Of a stretch of DNA of 64,000 bases, positions 12,094-24,583 are shown in pieces. Each line of letters begins with the position of its first letter. Position 1 is the stretch's first letter. This DNA comes from Nymphaea colorata. Taxonomy: Eukaryota. A program made the position numbers and the translations under genes. The stretch covers positions 3,472,001 to 3,536,000 of the forward strand of contig NC_045138.2 of the NCBI RefSeq assembly GCF_008831285.2, written 5' to 3'. The notes under the pieces are model-generated. The model saw only the letters and a list, made by a program, of their open reading frames with translations. It did no database searches and had not been told where the DNA came from.

Positions 12094-12877
12094 TAAGGAT
12101 GGGAAATGGGTTGGGTACTTGATGGGCAGTTGGGTATCTGGCCCGAGTCCCCGAATGAGCTTGATATATATATTTAAAATACATTTCTCCATATTTTGTT
12201 TATTTTTTCTTTCTCTCATCTATACATTCAATCTTTGTCAGGGGCCCTAGAGACGTAACTGGTCAAGATATCATCTCACCACCTTCCGTAGAAATAGTTG
12301 ATATGTGCCTTGAATTAAAAATAGAAAGGGGTCGTGGATATTGTAGGAGAACCACAAATAACCGTTATCGTGTGTCCATGCCGGTTAGAAATGCGAATCA
12401 TAATATTTCATTCTTATGGGAATGAGAATGAGAAACAAGAGATACTTTTTCTTGAAATATGGACGAATGAAAGTTTAACTCCTAAGGAAGCGCTTGATGA
12501 AGCTTCTCTTAATATGATTTATTTATTTATTAATATGATTTATTTATTTATTCCGTTTTCACATGCGGAGGAACATGACATAAATAGAAATATGACACAC
12601 ACACACATACGCACACACATCAGTCAGCTCACTTAAAAACTCTTCGTGCCGATGACTCCCTTAGAAACTCTTGGCACATCGCTAAAAGTTTCTAATATAT
12701 TTAAATATAAAATGTTAAGAGTTTCAATAGACATCGAACCTGATACCCAACAGACATAAAGTTAACGGTCGGGCCGATAACTAAGCGGGCTGATATTGAT
12801 CTGCTGCAAGGACTTCGGACCAACCTGAGTCTGGCTTTGTTGAGCCTTGGGCCGGCTCGGCCTGATGCCCAGCCTTA
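12094..12877. mobile_element. Non-autonomous hAT element (784 bp) containing a plastid rpoA fragment
   Basis: Left end TAAGGATGGGAA vs reverse complement of right end TAAGGCTGGGCA (10/12); perfect 8-bp TSD CATGAAAC at 12086-12093 and 12878-12885; GGCCCG/CGGGCC-type subterminal motifs near both ends. Confidence 0.85.
12228..12585 (+). pseudogene. rpoA: Plastid-derived rpoA fragment (NUPT), decayed
   Basis: Reads [38 protein letters not shown]...[12 protein letters not shown], then after a +1 frameshift [41 protein letters not shown](NMIYLFI)[11 protein letters not shown], which is the central region of plastid RNA polymerase alpha. It has internal deletions, a frameshift, a 21-bp tandem duplication (12511-12552), and lacks both ends of the gene. 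Confidence 0.9.
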
Positions 12878-13898
12878 CATGAAACGGGAGCTTTCCATGA
12901 CAACAGCTAGCCTATGTGCTTATGATTTGGCTGGGGCCTATTTGCCAAACTTGAACAAGAAAGAACGTGAGGCCAAGTTGGTGCATTTGGGCTCACACCC
13001 ATTGACTTGCCAAAATTTGGAAAAGAAAACGAAAGTGAAAGCAACTTAATTTTCCTTTTAAAAGGTCAAAGCTGAACTCATCCTTGTGAGGGGAAGATTC
13101 AAATGCAGAAATGGTGGATCCAGCTCTACTGGGTATCAACAATGCCGTCACGTTAAGCGTTGAATTTGGAGCGGTCATCGTACACCCTTTTAGGTAAGGA
13201 AGTGACGCGAAGAAAAAGCTTTGATTCTATATCTAAAGCAGTGAATAGGGATTTCAGATCTTAAACCCTATGGTTTCGTGCTAGTAAGAGAAAGAGGGAA
13301 AGATTTTGAAAAGAGAATAGTGAAATTCATTAAACTAAAAAAAATAAAACACATGCAGAAAAGCAAATAAACAAACTAACAAGACAAGTTAAAATTCTCA
13401 TTATCAACTCTCGGTCAACCCCTCATGGATGAACCCATGACAGTTTAAATCGGAAAATAGCAGATACAGTGGACTAGACCCTGCTCTTTCGATCTGAATC
13501 TTCCTAAATCCAGTTGTATGGATCTGGATCCTTACACTTTTCATACAAGCTAACATTCAAACAAAACTAAAGATGATCCAAAAAGATTGGTTTGATACTT
13601 TAAATCTACCAAATGGTCGCTTTGAGATTCGATGTTACATTGAGTCTAGATTTGCTTTGCATCTACTCTGTCTAATAAGGGCAGGTTGGTACACTTTGAC
13701 ATTGCCCTCTCTTTGAATGACACATCGCCCTCGGCCCACCACATGGGGCCTTCCACGTCACCCTATGATGAGGTAGAGTTAGGAGATACTTCCACTGTAG
13801 GGAGGGGAGGCTCACACATTAGCACTTACTGCATGACATGGGTTTCCCTGACCCACCACTCTCCTGGGTCTTGGCCTAATGCTAGTGTGCATATGTAA

Positions 13899-14052
13899 TC
13901 AGGGGGCCGCATGAACCTTAACCTCACTTCAATTTTTTTTTTTTTTAATTTACATGTAAATTTTAGAAAATTTTACTTGTTTGAAAAAAAGATATTTCAG
14001 TCCGTATCAAAATTTCGGCCCTTTTCTTGAAAATTTTTTTGCTCTGCCCTTG
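13899..14052. mobile_element. Degenerate copy of the AGGGGCGGA-terminus hAT MITE family
   Basis: Right end aaaattttttt-gctctgcccttg resembles the family terminus at 56947 and 3628; left end and TSD are not clear. Confidence 0.45.
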
Positions 14053-17000
14053 TAATGTACATGTAAATGAGCTTCTATACAATATATATAAACGTGTACA
14101 TACCCTTGCATATAACCAGCTTCGTTCTACCATGGTCCTACCAAAGGTTTGTGAAATTTGTAAGAACACATGGCTGTGTATCATTGGCGGGGCGGCCGCT
14201 CCTCTAGAGCTCCACTCAGAACTTTATGGCAAGGCCCTTTAAAATCATAGGGCTATTGCATATAAAAAAAAAATGAAACATAAACTTTTCCTGTTCAAAG
14301 ATGTATCACTCTGCTTCGATCGTGTTCCCGTTGGAACCTAGTTTTGAAAACTGATCAGATTCAAAGTTGGCTGCCTATGAAGAATGGAAGTCATGGCCGT
14401 TTCCGATTGGATTAGCTTAACGTGATTATGTGAAGGACAGCTACGCTTTCTCAGTGCACTCGGCCACGCACATCAGCATCACTCGAGATCTTGGTCGATG
14501 GCGACTCAACATAGCCGATGGCGACTGAACGTAGCCGATGACTATTGTCAATAATTGACTGTCCCCTCTCTTTGATGGCGTTTGATGATGCCCATGGGAC
14601 GTTCTGCTGTGAGCTTTCCAAGCGCTGTGCATTCTTTTCACTTTCCTTGGGCATATCAGATTTGCAGAGACAACAGTATGTGGTCGGTTCCATTCGATTC
14701 TTGTATGTATCGCCCTCTCACGAAATGAATACTGCGCTTTATTAGAGGAACAACAAACAACAGACTTTCTCTATGGACTAAGGAACTAAGAAGATCAACT
14801 ACTACTTTCCCTCTCTTTCTCTTGCTGTGGCGATTTCCAAGGGCAGAAACTTAATTTACGTTACAGTAGAGGATACCTACGTCAACATTTGAATATGAAT
14901 GAAGAAAATTCTACAGTATATCTGCATCTGATTTTCAAATATTGATAATCCCAATCCCCATCCAAATCTCAGTTTTATCTTTTAGAATTGAACTTTTTAC
15001 TCTTTGAATCGAATATGAATCCGCCTATATTGTTTTTGTTTTTGTTTTTTTTTGTTTTTTTTACATAACAAATGAATGACATGTTAGAAACTGACTTTTG
15101 AAATGTATGGACGTTAATATTTACTTTGCAATTAAATGATCGATCCGAATCGGAATCCTAATTCGATCCATTTTCTTAACCAACGAAGAACCGAGCCAGT
15201 CAACCTGCTTGACTGGCATTCAGAAGAACCTAAAAGGAAAAAAGGTGCGTATGAGAGAAAGAAAAAAGCAAACATCTGTTCAGAGTCCACCAGTGATTTT
15301 GAAGCAGTGAAGGTGTCGTTTGTTGTCGGGATTTTGTTCCGATGGAATTGACCAAATGGGTGGGTGCACGAGGTTTCGGCTTTAGCTGTACACCTGCCCC
15401 TTCACCCATAATATTCCCTCAAGCTTTTAGACCAGGAAGAGATGGCGGATCGATGCAGCGCTGCTGGCGGTGGTGCTGTCTCCTCTTTTTTTTTCCTCCT
15501 GAAAGGGATGGCGTAAAGGAGCTGGCGGGCCGGCCGCGGCCGAGAGGTCTCGTCTCCGTCGGAAGCAGGCGCGTGGCACCAAGTCCGCGGAGCTACGTGT
15601 TATCTGCGCTGGATGACGACGGAGTTTTCTTTGTCACTACTTGCAGGAGCTGTAACTTTCAGCTCCTTTTTTGACTGCTTTGTTGGAGCGCCTGATCTGA
15701 TCATGCTCCTCCTCCTCCAAATTTTTCTTCTTCATGGGGATGTGGGGAGCAGCCTAATCGGCAGGCAGTAGACCGGAGCCCACCACCCATCGCTCCAAGG
15801 CACGGCTGACGGCACCGCTGGTTCAGGCCTTGTCCTCTACCCTCCAACTTTTCCGCCGACAGTTTCAAAAGGAAGAAAAAGAGAGAAAAATTCGGCCCCT
15901 CTGGCCCTCTCCTCTCCTCTCCTCTCCTCTCCTCTCCCGAGCCGTAAAGGTTTCTTGTCGATAGATATGAGAGGAAAGTCGAACATGATTTCCACACGGG
16001 AGAGAGAGGCCCCGACTCTACTACGTTTTCTTCTATAAAGAAAATAGGCCAAGATTATTAAGTATTAAACAATCTAGTTTGCTTTACTTTATGTGCCGCA
16101 AATAAAATTATAAGACCTTCTGATCTACCATCCTCTCCACTCTCCAACGACGCTGAAGTCTCCTTTTTAAATTTGAAATTTCTTTCAAGATTCCGAACTC
16201 ATCATGCTATGACAGTTCTCTAATTGAAAATGGAACTGCAATTTCTTGTCATGTCATCATGTTTCCATTCCTTTAACCTATATATATATATATACACACA
16301 TATATATATGGATATCATACCAAAAGTTAGAGAGAGAAAAAACTTATGAAATGGAAAATTCAATATAAGTCAAAAAATTGAAAGAACAAAATCAGTAGGA
16401 GGTTTCAACTTTCAAATTATAACTTTTTTTTTTTTAAACATCATGGTCGAAAATACAAGTCAACACTTGTTTCAATTTTTTATATAGGTAAGTTAGAGGA
16501 GCTATTTATTTAAGTTGTGAGTGTACTCTAATCAATATATTAACCATTAATTAGAATGCTGATAATCATGTGTTTTGGTCCAACTTATTGGGCCACACAC
16601 TGCTGCTACTCTGATCTACCATGTTCTTTTATACAAACATGAAGAATGCCAAGATATATAAATATTGGGTCAGTAAACCAAATTCATTTAGCAAACAATG
16701 ATAAGAAAATAAATAAGTTCCACGTTTAACATAGAATTTTGCAGTAGCTAGCTAGAAGCATCGGTAACACGTGCCGGGAGAAGGGGGAGGAAGGGGGGCA
16801 GGGTGAGTGCCTTTGACCACCACCATATCTATATCCATCTGTATCTGCAGAAGATGACGACTAAGGAGCGATCACCAAAAGTCCAAAATGCAAAAGCTCT
16901 TCATCCAGCATAATTGTAGGCCACGTCCAGCAGTGTTCTACACCACCATGCCTACCATTACTGACTGCTGCTATTACTGTTATGTTTTTCATCCACAGCC

Positions 17001-20000
17001 GTGCAGTAGCTAGCAGCAGAAACAAGAAAAAAGAAGAAGAAGGAAGAGTTAAATACGCCACACCCAGTATTGATTAAAAGCATAAAGGTGCAGTCTAGAA
17101 AGAAGATTAGACACATCCGTAAACTTGGGCCCTGGAAGAAAGTGGTCAGAAATGACATCGATCAAACAACTTGAGGTGCACATATATATATATATATATA
17201 TAGTTACTGGGACGGATATGCAGTCTAGTTGCCCAGCTATCATGGCCTAACAATGGGGGATCCTTAGATCATAGGCGTGACAAGGCTAACATATAGAGGA
17301 CTAAAGGTGAAGAAAGAAAACAAAGCATTGGGAGAAGTTGGGGAGACTTAAATGACGATTGCCATGACGATGAAAACAAAACTTGTTTGCTTCTACTTTC
17401 CCCTCCCTCTTCTCGGGCTTATTTTCCGAGAAATTTCAGTCACAAGGGATCATCCTGTGACTAATCGATTAGAAACCATGGCCCTACAATAGATATTCTT
17501 TTTCTCTTTTCCTTTTTATTTCTATGATCAGTTCTGGGGATCGGGTGCTTGTAGGTGTTAGGAATGAGGCTCTCTCACTCATACACTCCTTTTAAGCTAA
17601 AAAAGCCAAAGAAAAGAAAGAACAAGGCGCAAAGATTTTACGTGATTCAGAGACAGGATTCACAAAGTTTTCACTACCATCGAAGAAATCTAAGAATACA
17701 AGAAGCCACCCCACTCTTAAAGATGGGGATTTACATGAATGCCTTAGTGGACGATGGAAGAGAGAAGAATTGCCATGGTCGGTTGGTCATTGACTTTGTA
17801 TTGCAGGTCCCTTCTTTAAGCAGGGCGACTAATTACTTCTGCTTCTGGTTTAGTCTTTTCCTAGACTGCCAGGATCTCAGGGGTCTATGGATTTAAGATG
17901 AGATTATCTTTTTCATCATGAGACGCTAGTTTGGAAAAAGTAAAATGAGGATTTCAAGTGTAAACATGGGTTTCACTTAAAATCTATAGTTTGATGAGTC
18001 ATAAATCCTGATGTCTAGTTTTTGCCGTTTCAGTAAAAACATGCCACATTAGATCCATGCAACCAAAAGTAATCAAACAGCCGTTTAGGGCTACGCTGGC
18101 AAAGGCTACAGGTAATTCTAGATATGCCAAACAAAGAAGTTTTTGTCCAGAATAACTTCTCTAGTGTTTGATTGAGCTTGGTATGGCCAGACAATTTTTT
18201 TTTTGGGTCTGCGATAACTTTTTTGGGCAATCAAATAGGATTTATCTTCAATGTAAAGTGACTGTTGTAAATTGCTGATAACCAACAAAGACATTGGACA
18301 TAAGATATACCTCATTTAAAAAAAAAAAAAAAAAACTTTTTTTTTTTTTTTTGCAGAAACTTTTTGGCTGTTATTTGCTTGGTAGGGGCCAACCTGGTAG
18401 AGACCACTGCTAGGGTAACAAGCTCTAGGTGAATGGGATTTAAGTAGGCATATTCTTGAAAGAGTGTGCTGTAGATTCTAAAGCTGGAGGGAGACAATGG
18501 AACCCATCAGATCTAGCCATTTCTATCCACTTGTGTAGGCTGCTTTCAGCCTTTTGGAGACAAGGGTAAAGGAAGAAAGGAAAGTGCTTCTCTCTCTCTC
18601 TGGCTTGCGTATGAATGTGTGTGTGTGTGTGTGCGCGCGTGCGACCACACATGTACAAGAGCTTTCTGTTCAATTGAAGCCATTGCCTGCACGTACCGTT
18701 GTAAGCTTTAGTAAGGATTGAGCATCTGCAGGCTTGCATTGTTGACGGTACTCCTCTGCATCCCTTTCCCAACACGGGGAATAATATTGAAATCACTACG
18801 GGCATTGTATACTAAGCGTCCTGGCAAAGATGCGTCCACACACACGCACTTCTTCTTTAGGATCTCTTTACTGAGCGATCGTACTTACAAAAGAAAGGTC
18901 CAACATTTTGTGTTCTCCTTTATTTATATATATATATATATATAATGAAGGTTGCGGGTTGTAAGAAAAATGATGAAGGAAAATTAAGTGAAAAAGTGAG
19001 AGAGAAAAGATATGCATACGATATACATGTAGAGATAAATGTAATGTTTCTGTCTGCTGAGTCTAGCAATTTATATATATATATGATCGAAGCAGTAATG
19101 GAACTTCAGTTGTTATATGATTTTGGTATTGAATCTGACATATCTGGTCTTCATAAATATCCAAATCAAACTGATTATATGTAAATGATTAAATTCAGTT
19201 TCGTACTTTTCATCCAGCATATTTGGGCCATATTTTGACAATATCCAATCAATCAGATGTGGTAATTAACATCTTAGTGACAAATGCTTCGAGCCTAATA
19301 TTGAAATCCACCGACAAGCCAAACAAATTAACTAGTGCTTTGGCAGGCCGACCAAAGACGGACATTTAGACTCAGCTGTACTCTCTCACTCAAACACGGT
19401 GCAGGATTCCCCTCGGCTGCATTCTTCACTAAACAACGTTATATAAAAGTGGTTTTATCTAATAATTTCTGTTGCACTTTTAAGGGTGGGGCGGAACTGA
19501 TGGAAGATGAGCTGCCCAAAACGTTTAGGGTTTGATTTGATGGCAAGTAATATTGTTTCAATATTCAGGGCAGATTCATTGAACAAATTCACTCAGTGTC
19601 CTTGCTGTCAAACTACCCTTTAGTTTTCAACTACTACTCGAACACTTATAATTCATAAAGTATAGAAAGGGTAATTGTTTTTTCGTCTCCTTACTATTGA
19701 TTATTTTTTTTTTGGTACATAGGAGCGGTTTAAAACCACATTAATTAACTATAGCACGAGGTCAAGCTACACCAATCAGACCATCCTCAATCAATCGATG
19801 CAAATGACCAAGTGAATTGGTAAGAATGGTCATTCAAGATCATTGAAACATCTATGAAACAAGAAAATTCGCACACATATTATCTTCTCTGTACGTATGA
19901 CATAAGACACACTCCCAATCTAGTCTCAACAATTCTTGACACTGCTTCAAGATTTTGTAACTTGATTGGTATAATTATTTTGAGTTAATCCATCTATCAA

Positions 20001-22522
20001 AGTGCAAGGGAATTGAGCCAAGCTGGTTTAATATGGAAAGTACCTTTCCTCTTTTTAACGTTCCTTTTTACCTTCCTGATATTCTTCCTCATCATGAGTA
20101 CTTATCTTCGTTCTTTTGGCCTAATTCGCAGGCTTTCTGATTAACCATATGCGGAAGGTCCGTTCATCACCTTTAGCTTCTTCAACTAAAGCCATCGATC
20201 GAAGTAACTGGGTGATAGATTGTCATTACTGTTGCATGACATATAAGAACAAATTTGTTAAAAGAGATGAAATGAATGCACAGTGCTGCATCTTTCCAAA
20301 GACTACGGGAAGAAAAAGAGAGAGAGAAGTCCGGGAATGATCTCGGCAAATGGCTTTATCTCTAGAGCTGGTGTTGTGATGCGTTAATAGTTCATCTAGA
20401 TGGGTAGGAGAGTAGGACACTCAACTTCCGCTCAAAGAGTTGGTTGTCCGTCCAACTTTTGTGGGCAAGTGCGTGCAAAAGAAAACGACCACTTAAAGAA
20501 AAGATGCAAGCATTACACAGGTGAATGGAGAAACGCAACTCAAGGTACAAAGAAAAGGAGATGAGGCTTCATCATTGGAACAATAACCACTCATTCACAC
20601 GCAAACGCACACGTACACACACTCACTATTTATATTTGTATAAGCAGCAGACACACGCACACACATAGCTTCGTTTGTATACGGAGAGAGAGATCTCTCC
20701 AAATGTGTCTAGAAAAATATGAATTATGTATGAATACCATCGTGAGACATGACTACAACTTTTTCCGCTTATAATGTATTTACTCGTAGATTTTAAATTT
20801 TTATTCATCCGACAACATCCAACCTCCAACACACCGATATGGTGGTTTTAGTGACGTGTTTATTTGAAAGACGAAAACACGTATATTTTCTTCGATGGTC
20901 ATAAGGCTTGCCTTATTTGATGGGTATTCCAGTTTTTTGTAAAAACAATTTAAGTTTCATATTTTTAAGTTAATCTCCGCCTTCTGATTTATTTAGAATT
21001 AACGAATGAGGATGTGGTAGGTCCTCATATGCTAGATTTTGATAGGGATCATTTGGACAATCGATTTGAAGGAAGATCATATGGAGGAGAAAATTTCTAA
21101 CGTAGAAGTCTAAGATTCCGAAATACCCTTTAGAGAAGGAGGAAGGGTGGTGGGGAGGAGGGCAATAGAAAGAAGCTTGCTTTTCAATGCAAAAGAAGAA
21201 AATAACTGGGGTTATAGAATGATCAGACGGCGTTGGTGGGCTGTCCCCTAGTCAGCATAAACCCCTATATAATTCGATATAAAGCCTAGTAATTTAATGT
21301 TGTTTGCACTAAGAAACTATCTATATATTGGGAAAACATCAATTTTGGTACAGAATATTATGCTATTGCTTTGGAACATAGAGATCACGTCCCAGATGTT
21401 ATTCTTTCCAGAGAACAGAACGCCTGGATATACATGAACGACACCATGACTTTATTTTTTGATTACATGATGTGCATGTGTTTCTTCTCTGTTTAAAAGA
21501 AAGAGAAAAGAAGAAATGCTCTTCCCATGCATTTACTTTATCTGAATTGACAAGACGACCTGCAAGATGTGTCTTCTAGTGATCTCTCTAGACCGGAAGT
21601 CTCCTTCAACTTTCATCTCCGGCTGTCCTCCTTCACAAACAGGAGCATTTGTCTGATATATTTGATAATTCATTTGCGGAAATTGTGAAAACCAACACAG
21701 GCATGCCCCTTTCGAAGTACATTAACCTGTATACCAAACGATACTACATATGATTTTAATTACATTTTACAGATAAACATGTGGGTATATTTGACAAATG
21801 TTTTTTTTTTTTATTGATTTTTCATATTTGGTACATCTATGATATTTCTAGTGTGCGATCTTTAATAGAAAAATAATCAACCTTTTTCATCAACCACGAA
21901 ATTTAGGTTGCTGAGGAAATTTCGACAAGAAGGTACTTAACTTTGTTTCATGACTGCGACAGTCCGGAAAAGTAGAAGTATACCTTTGTTTGAGTGAGAA
22001 ACGAACTTTTTTTCTAAGGTTAAGGGTCGTCCCAATGCACATATGCTAGTATAATAGTATAATAATTCCATCTTACCGGCTGCCCAGGCTATGTTTCATA
22101 TTTTCAAAATATATAAAGAAATATAAAGTATCAATATGCACAAACTAATTCCTAAAATTCATATATTTATCGTTAAGTCTAAGAGATATTTAACACATAT
22201 ATACAGGGCCTTACGGCACTTGGAATGTGTCCTTGGCCGTCAGTATGATGCCATTAGACATCTTGATTTTCTAAATCTTCAAGATTCCTTCGCTGGACTT
22301 TAAGCATAACTACTAATAGTATGAACGAGATAAATCCACAAAAATCTGGATTTGCTGGCGTGCGGCATCGATCCAAGACCGCGTTTTTTCTCAGCACACG
22401 TGCTTCAAGAAAGGGCTATGCTTTTTCTCTTTTTTCTTTCTTTTTGTTCAAACAGTCTTCCTTTCCATATGATTTTTGTCAAAATTAGTTACTGATAACT
22501 TATGAGAACAATTGTACATGTA

Positions 22523-22736
22523 GGAAAACTGAAATAAACCGGCTACGTCTATGGCTGGATAGTTATTTTTTTATTCTATATTGTTAAAAACTGTTGCAAA
22601 AAATTGTGTTTCACCGTCAAAAGCTGCAGCCAAGCAACTGCAAGTTGCAAATACACGTTTTGTGACAGTTTTCAACGACACAAAATGAAAAAAAGTAATA
22701 ATCCGGCTACAAAGGCAGCCTGTTGATTTCCATTCC
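22523..22736. mobile_element. Foldback MITE with long degenerate inverted arms
   Basis: The roughly 90-bp left arm (ggaaaactgaaataaaccggctacgtctatggctggatagttattttttt...aaaaactgttgcaaaa) aligns by eye with the reverse complement of about 22645-22736; same family as 34316-34474. Confidence 0.65.
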
Positions 22737-23203
22737 TCCCATTCTCTCAGATATATATATATATATATATAAAGCTAAAATCAAATTAATTTTGTTCAGT
22801 CCAGGTTATGCTGCAGGGATGCTTTAATTGGCGCACTTGTCTCCTATCTTTGTTTACCATTCCTTGGTAGAAATTTGTTAAGAAATCGGATCTTGCATCT
22901 TCAATTTCGCGTCCATATAAGGTGATGGTTTAATTAGCTTAGAGCTGCAGATCGCTCAGCTTAATGTTCATTTTAGTAGCAGCAAGATAACAGCTTTTTG
23001 AAAGGCAAAGGAAGCTTTGCTGAACTTGCTTCTTCCAACATGGCAGAGCCAAAAGCAGGTTCACGTCGAAGCCAGCCACTCAACCAGAATAAAGAGTGGT
23101 GCTAATTAAATCAACCACTGCTGGATCCGGCCTATTAGGGTGTTCGAATCGATGCCACTCTCATCAAGCGGCAGATATTTGTTCACATCTGCAACAGCAT
23201 GTG

Positions 23204-23205
<2 letters not shown>

Positions 23206-23257
<52 letters not shown>
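23206..23257. repeat. (GA)n microsatellite upstream of the NPF gene
   Basis: Directly visible, about 26 units. Confidence 0.9.
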
Positions 23258-23264
<7 letters not shown>

Positions 23265-24476
23265 TTTGTAGTTTTCTGATGTGGGGTTTGCATGCGATTT
23301 CCAGCCTCATCCATGCATGTAGATTCGAGATATATGTTTTCGTGGGGAGTCCCAAAATATGATGACGTATAAACGATTATCAGTTACGTGCATTCCGAAT
23401 TTCCGATGATCGAATAGGCGTTAAGGATGGAGCGTTAACATCAAATATGTTAATATGACACCAACTCTTAATTCATTATGAAGTCATCGTGCCTTGCTGA
23501 GTTAATAGAAATGCTGGCGGTCGATTTTGTCACCTGCCATGAAGAAAGTTGAAATCGAGGCCGAAAGGCATTCCTTGCCGTAAAGGTTGAAGATAAATGA
23601 CGTTCCTAATAAGCAGGGGGAAATCCAGGGGCTTTTTGCCAATCAGGGGCTGCCAATATGCTGTCAGCAATGAGACGATTTCCTGGAAGGTGGATACAAA
23701 AGAAAAAAGGGGAAAAAAGGAAAGGATTCCACTAGCAGTCACCAATTTTGGTTGAGGTGAGGAAAGAAAAGATCCAAGAAGGAAGCAGTCATGGAAACGC
23801 CCCAAACGCAGTTTTTGTAAAATATTTGTTTTTCCTTTCTAAGGAGAAAGAAACATGTTGAATGCATGAAAAACCTGAGCAGAGAGGAGAGATGGATGCT
23901 TCGCTTGCTGCCTGTCATCATGAAGCATTTACTGGTCAGAGTTTTTCGTTTTTCCTTTTGAGCATTAATTAGGACCCGAGATTAATGCTTCTCCCGTCGA
24001 TTGGTGGATTGTCCTATAAATCAGGCTGCAGCGGCATCGAATTCTGTAAAAAACCACCTTTTGAGAACATAAGACAAGACACGGTTGAATAATTAATACC
24101 ACAATCCTCAAGAGGCTTATTGATAAAAATGGTATCCTTAGATTGGGCTGCTGGGGTCATCTGCTGTTCTTGAATTACAGGGTACTGAGCGCATCATCAT
24201 TTTGTCGTTTGCTTCCTTTTGGTTCACAGTTTTATATTTCCCAACTTTGCCTTTTCTTTTTGGACTGTGCTTAGTAACAATAAACAATTGGCCGAGTGTG
24301 CCCCATCTCCTCTGCTTTGGTTTTTTGTGTGGGAGACCAAGTTTGTGTTCCCTGCACAACTCTTCACTTGGGGGCACAACACTCTTGACCCCCCCACAGT
24401 GACCTGCACTATCTCAATAGTAGGAATGGCCATCATGACCTCAGAAAGTGCCCAACCACTCACCCTTATTTCGCCT

Positions 24477-24486
24477 CTATTTATAA
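24477..24486 (+). promoter_or_regulatory. Putative TATA box of the NPF gene
   Basis: CTATTTATAA about 100 nt upstream of ATG 24584. Confidence 0.45.
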
Positions 24487-24583
24487 GCTCACCACCTTCG
24501 CTAGCGTATTACAATTTGAGTGGAAGGATCATTATTGCTATCGTTGTTGTTTTTTAATAACGAAAGGGTTACTTGTTGCTCAA

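Noticed and set aside
16740..17250. Hydrophobic short ORFs on both strands near an ABRE-like ACACGTG
   Set aside because: No ATG-initiated ORF combines a signal peptide with a recognisable mature motif; the hydrophobicity comes largely from CTT/GAA-rich low-complexity sequence.
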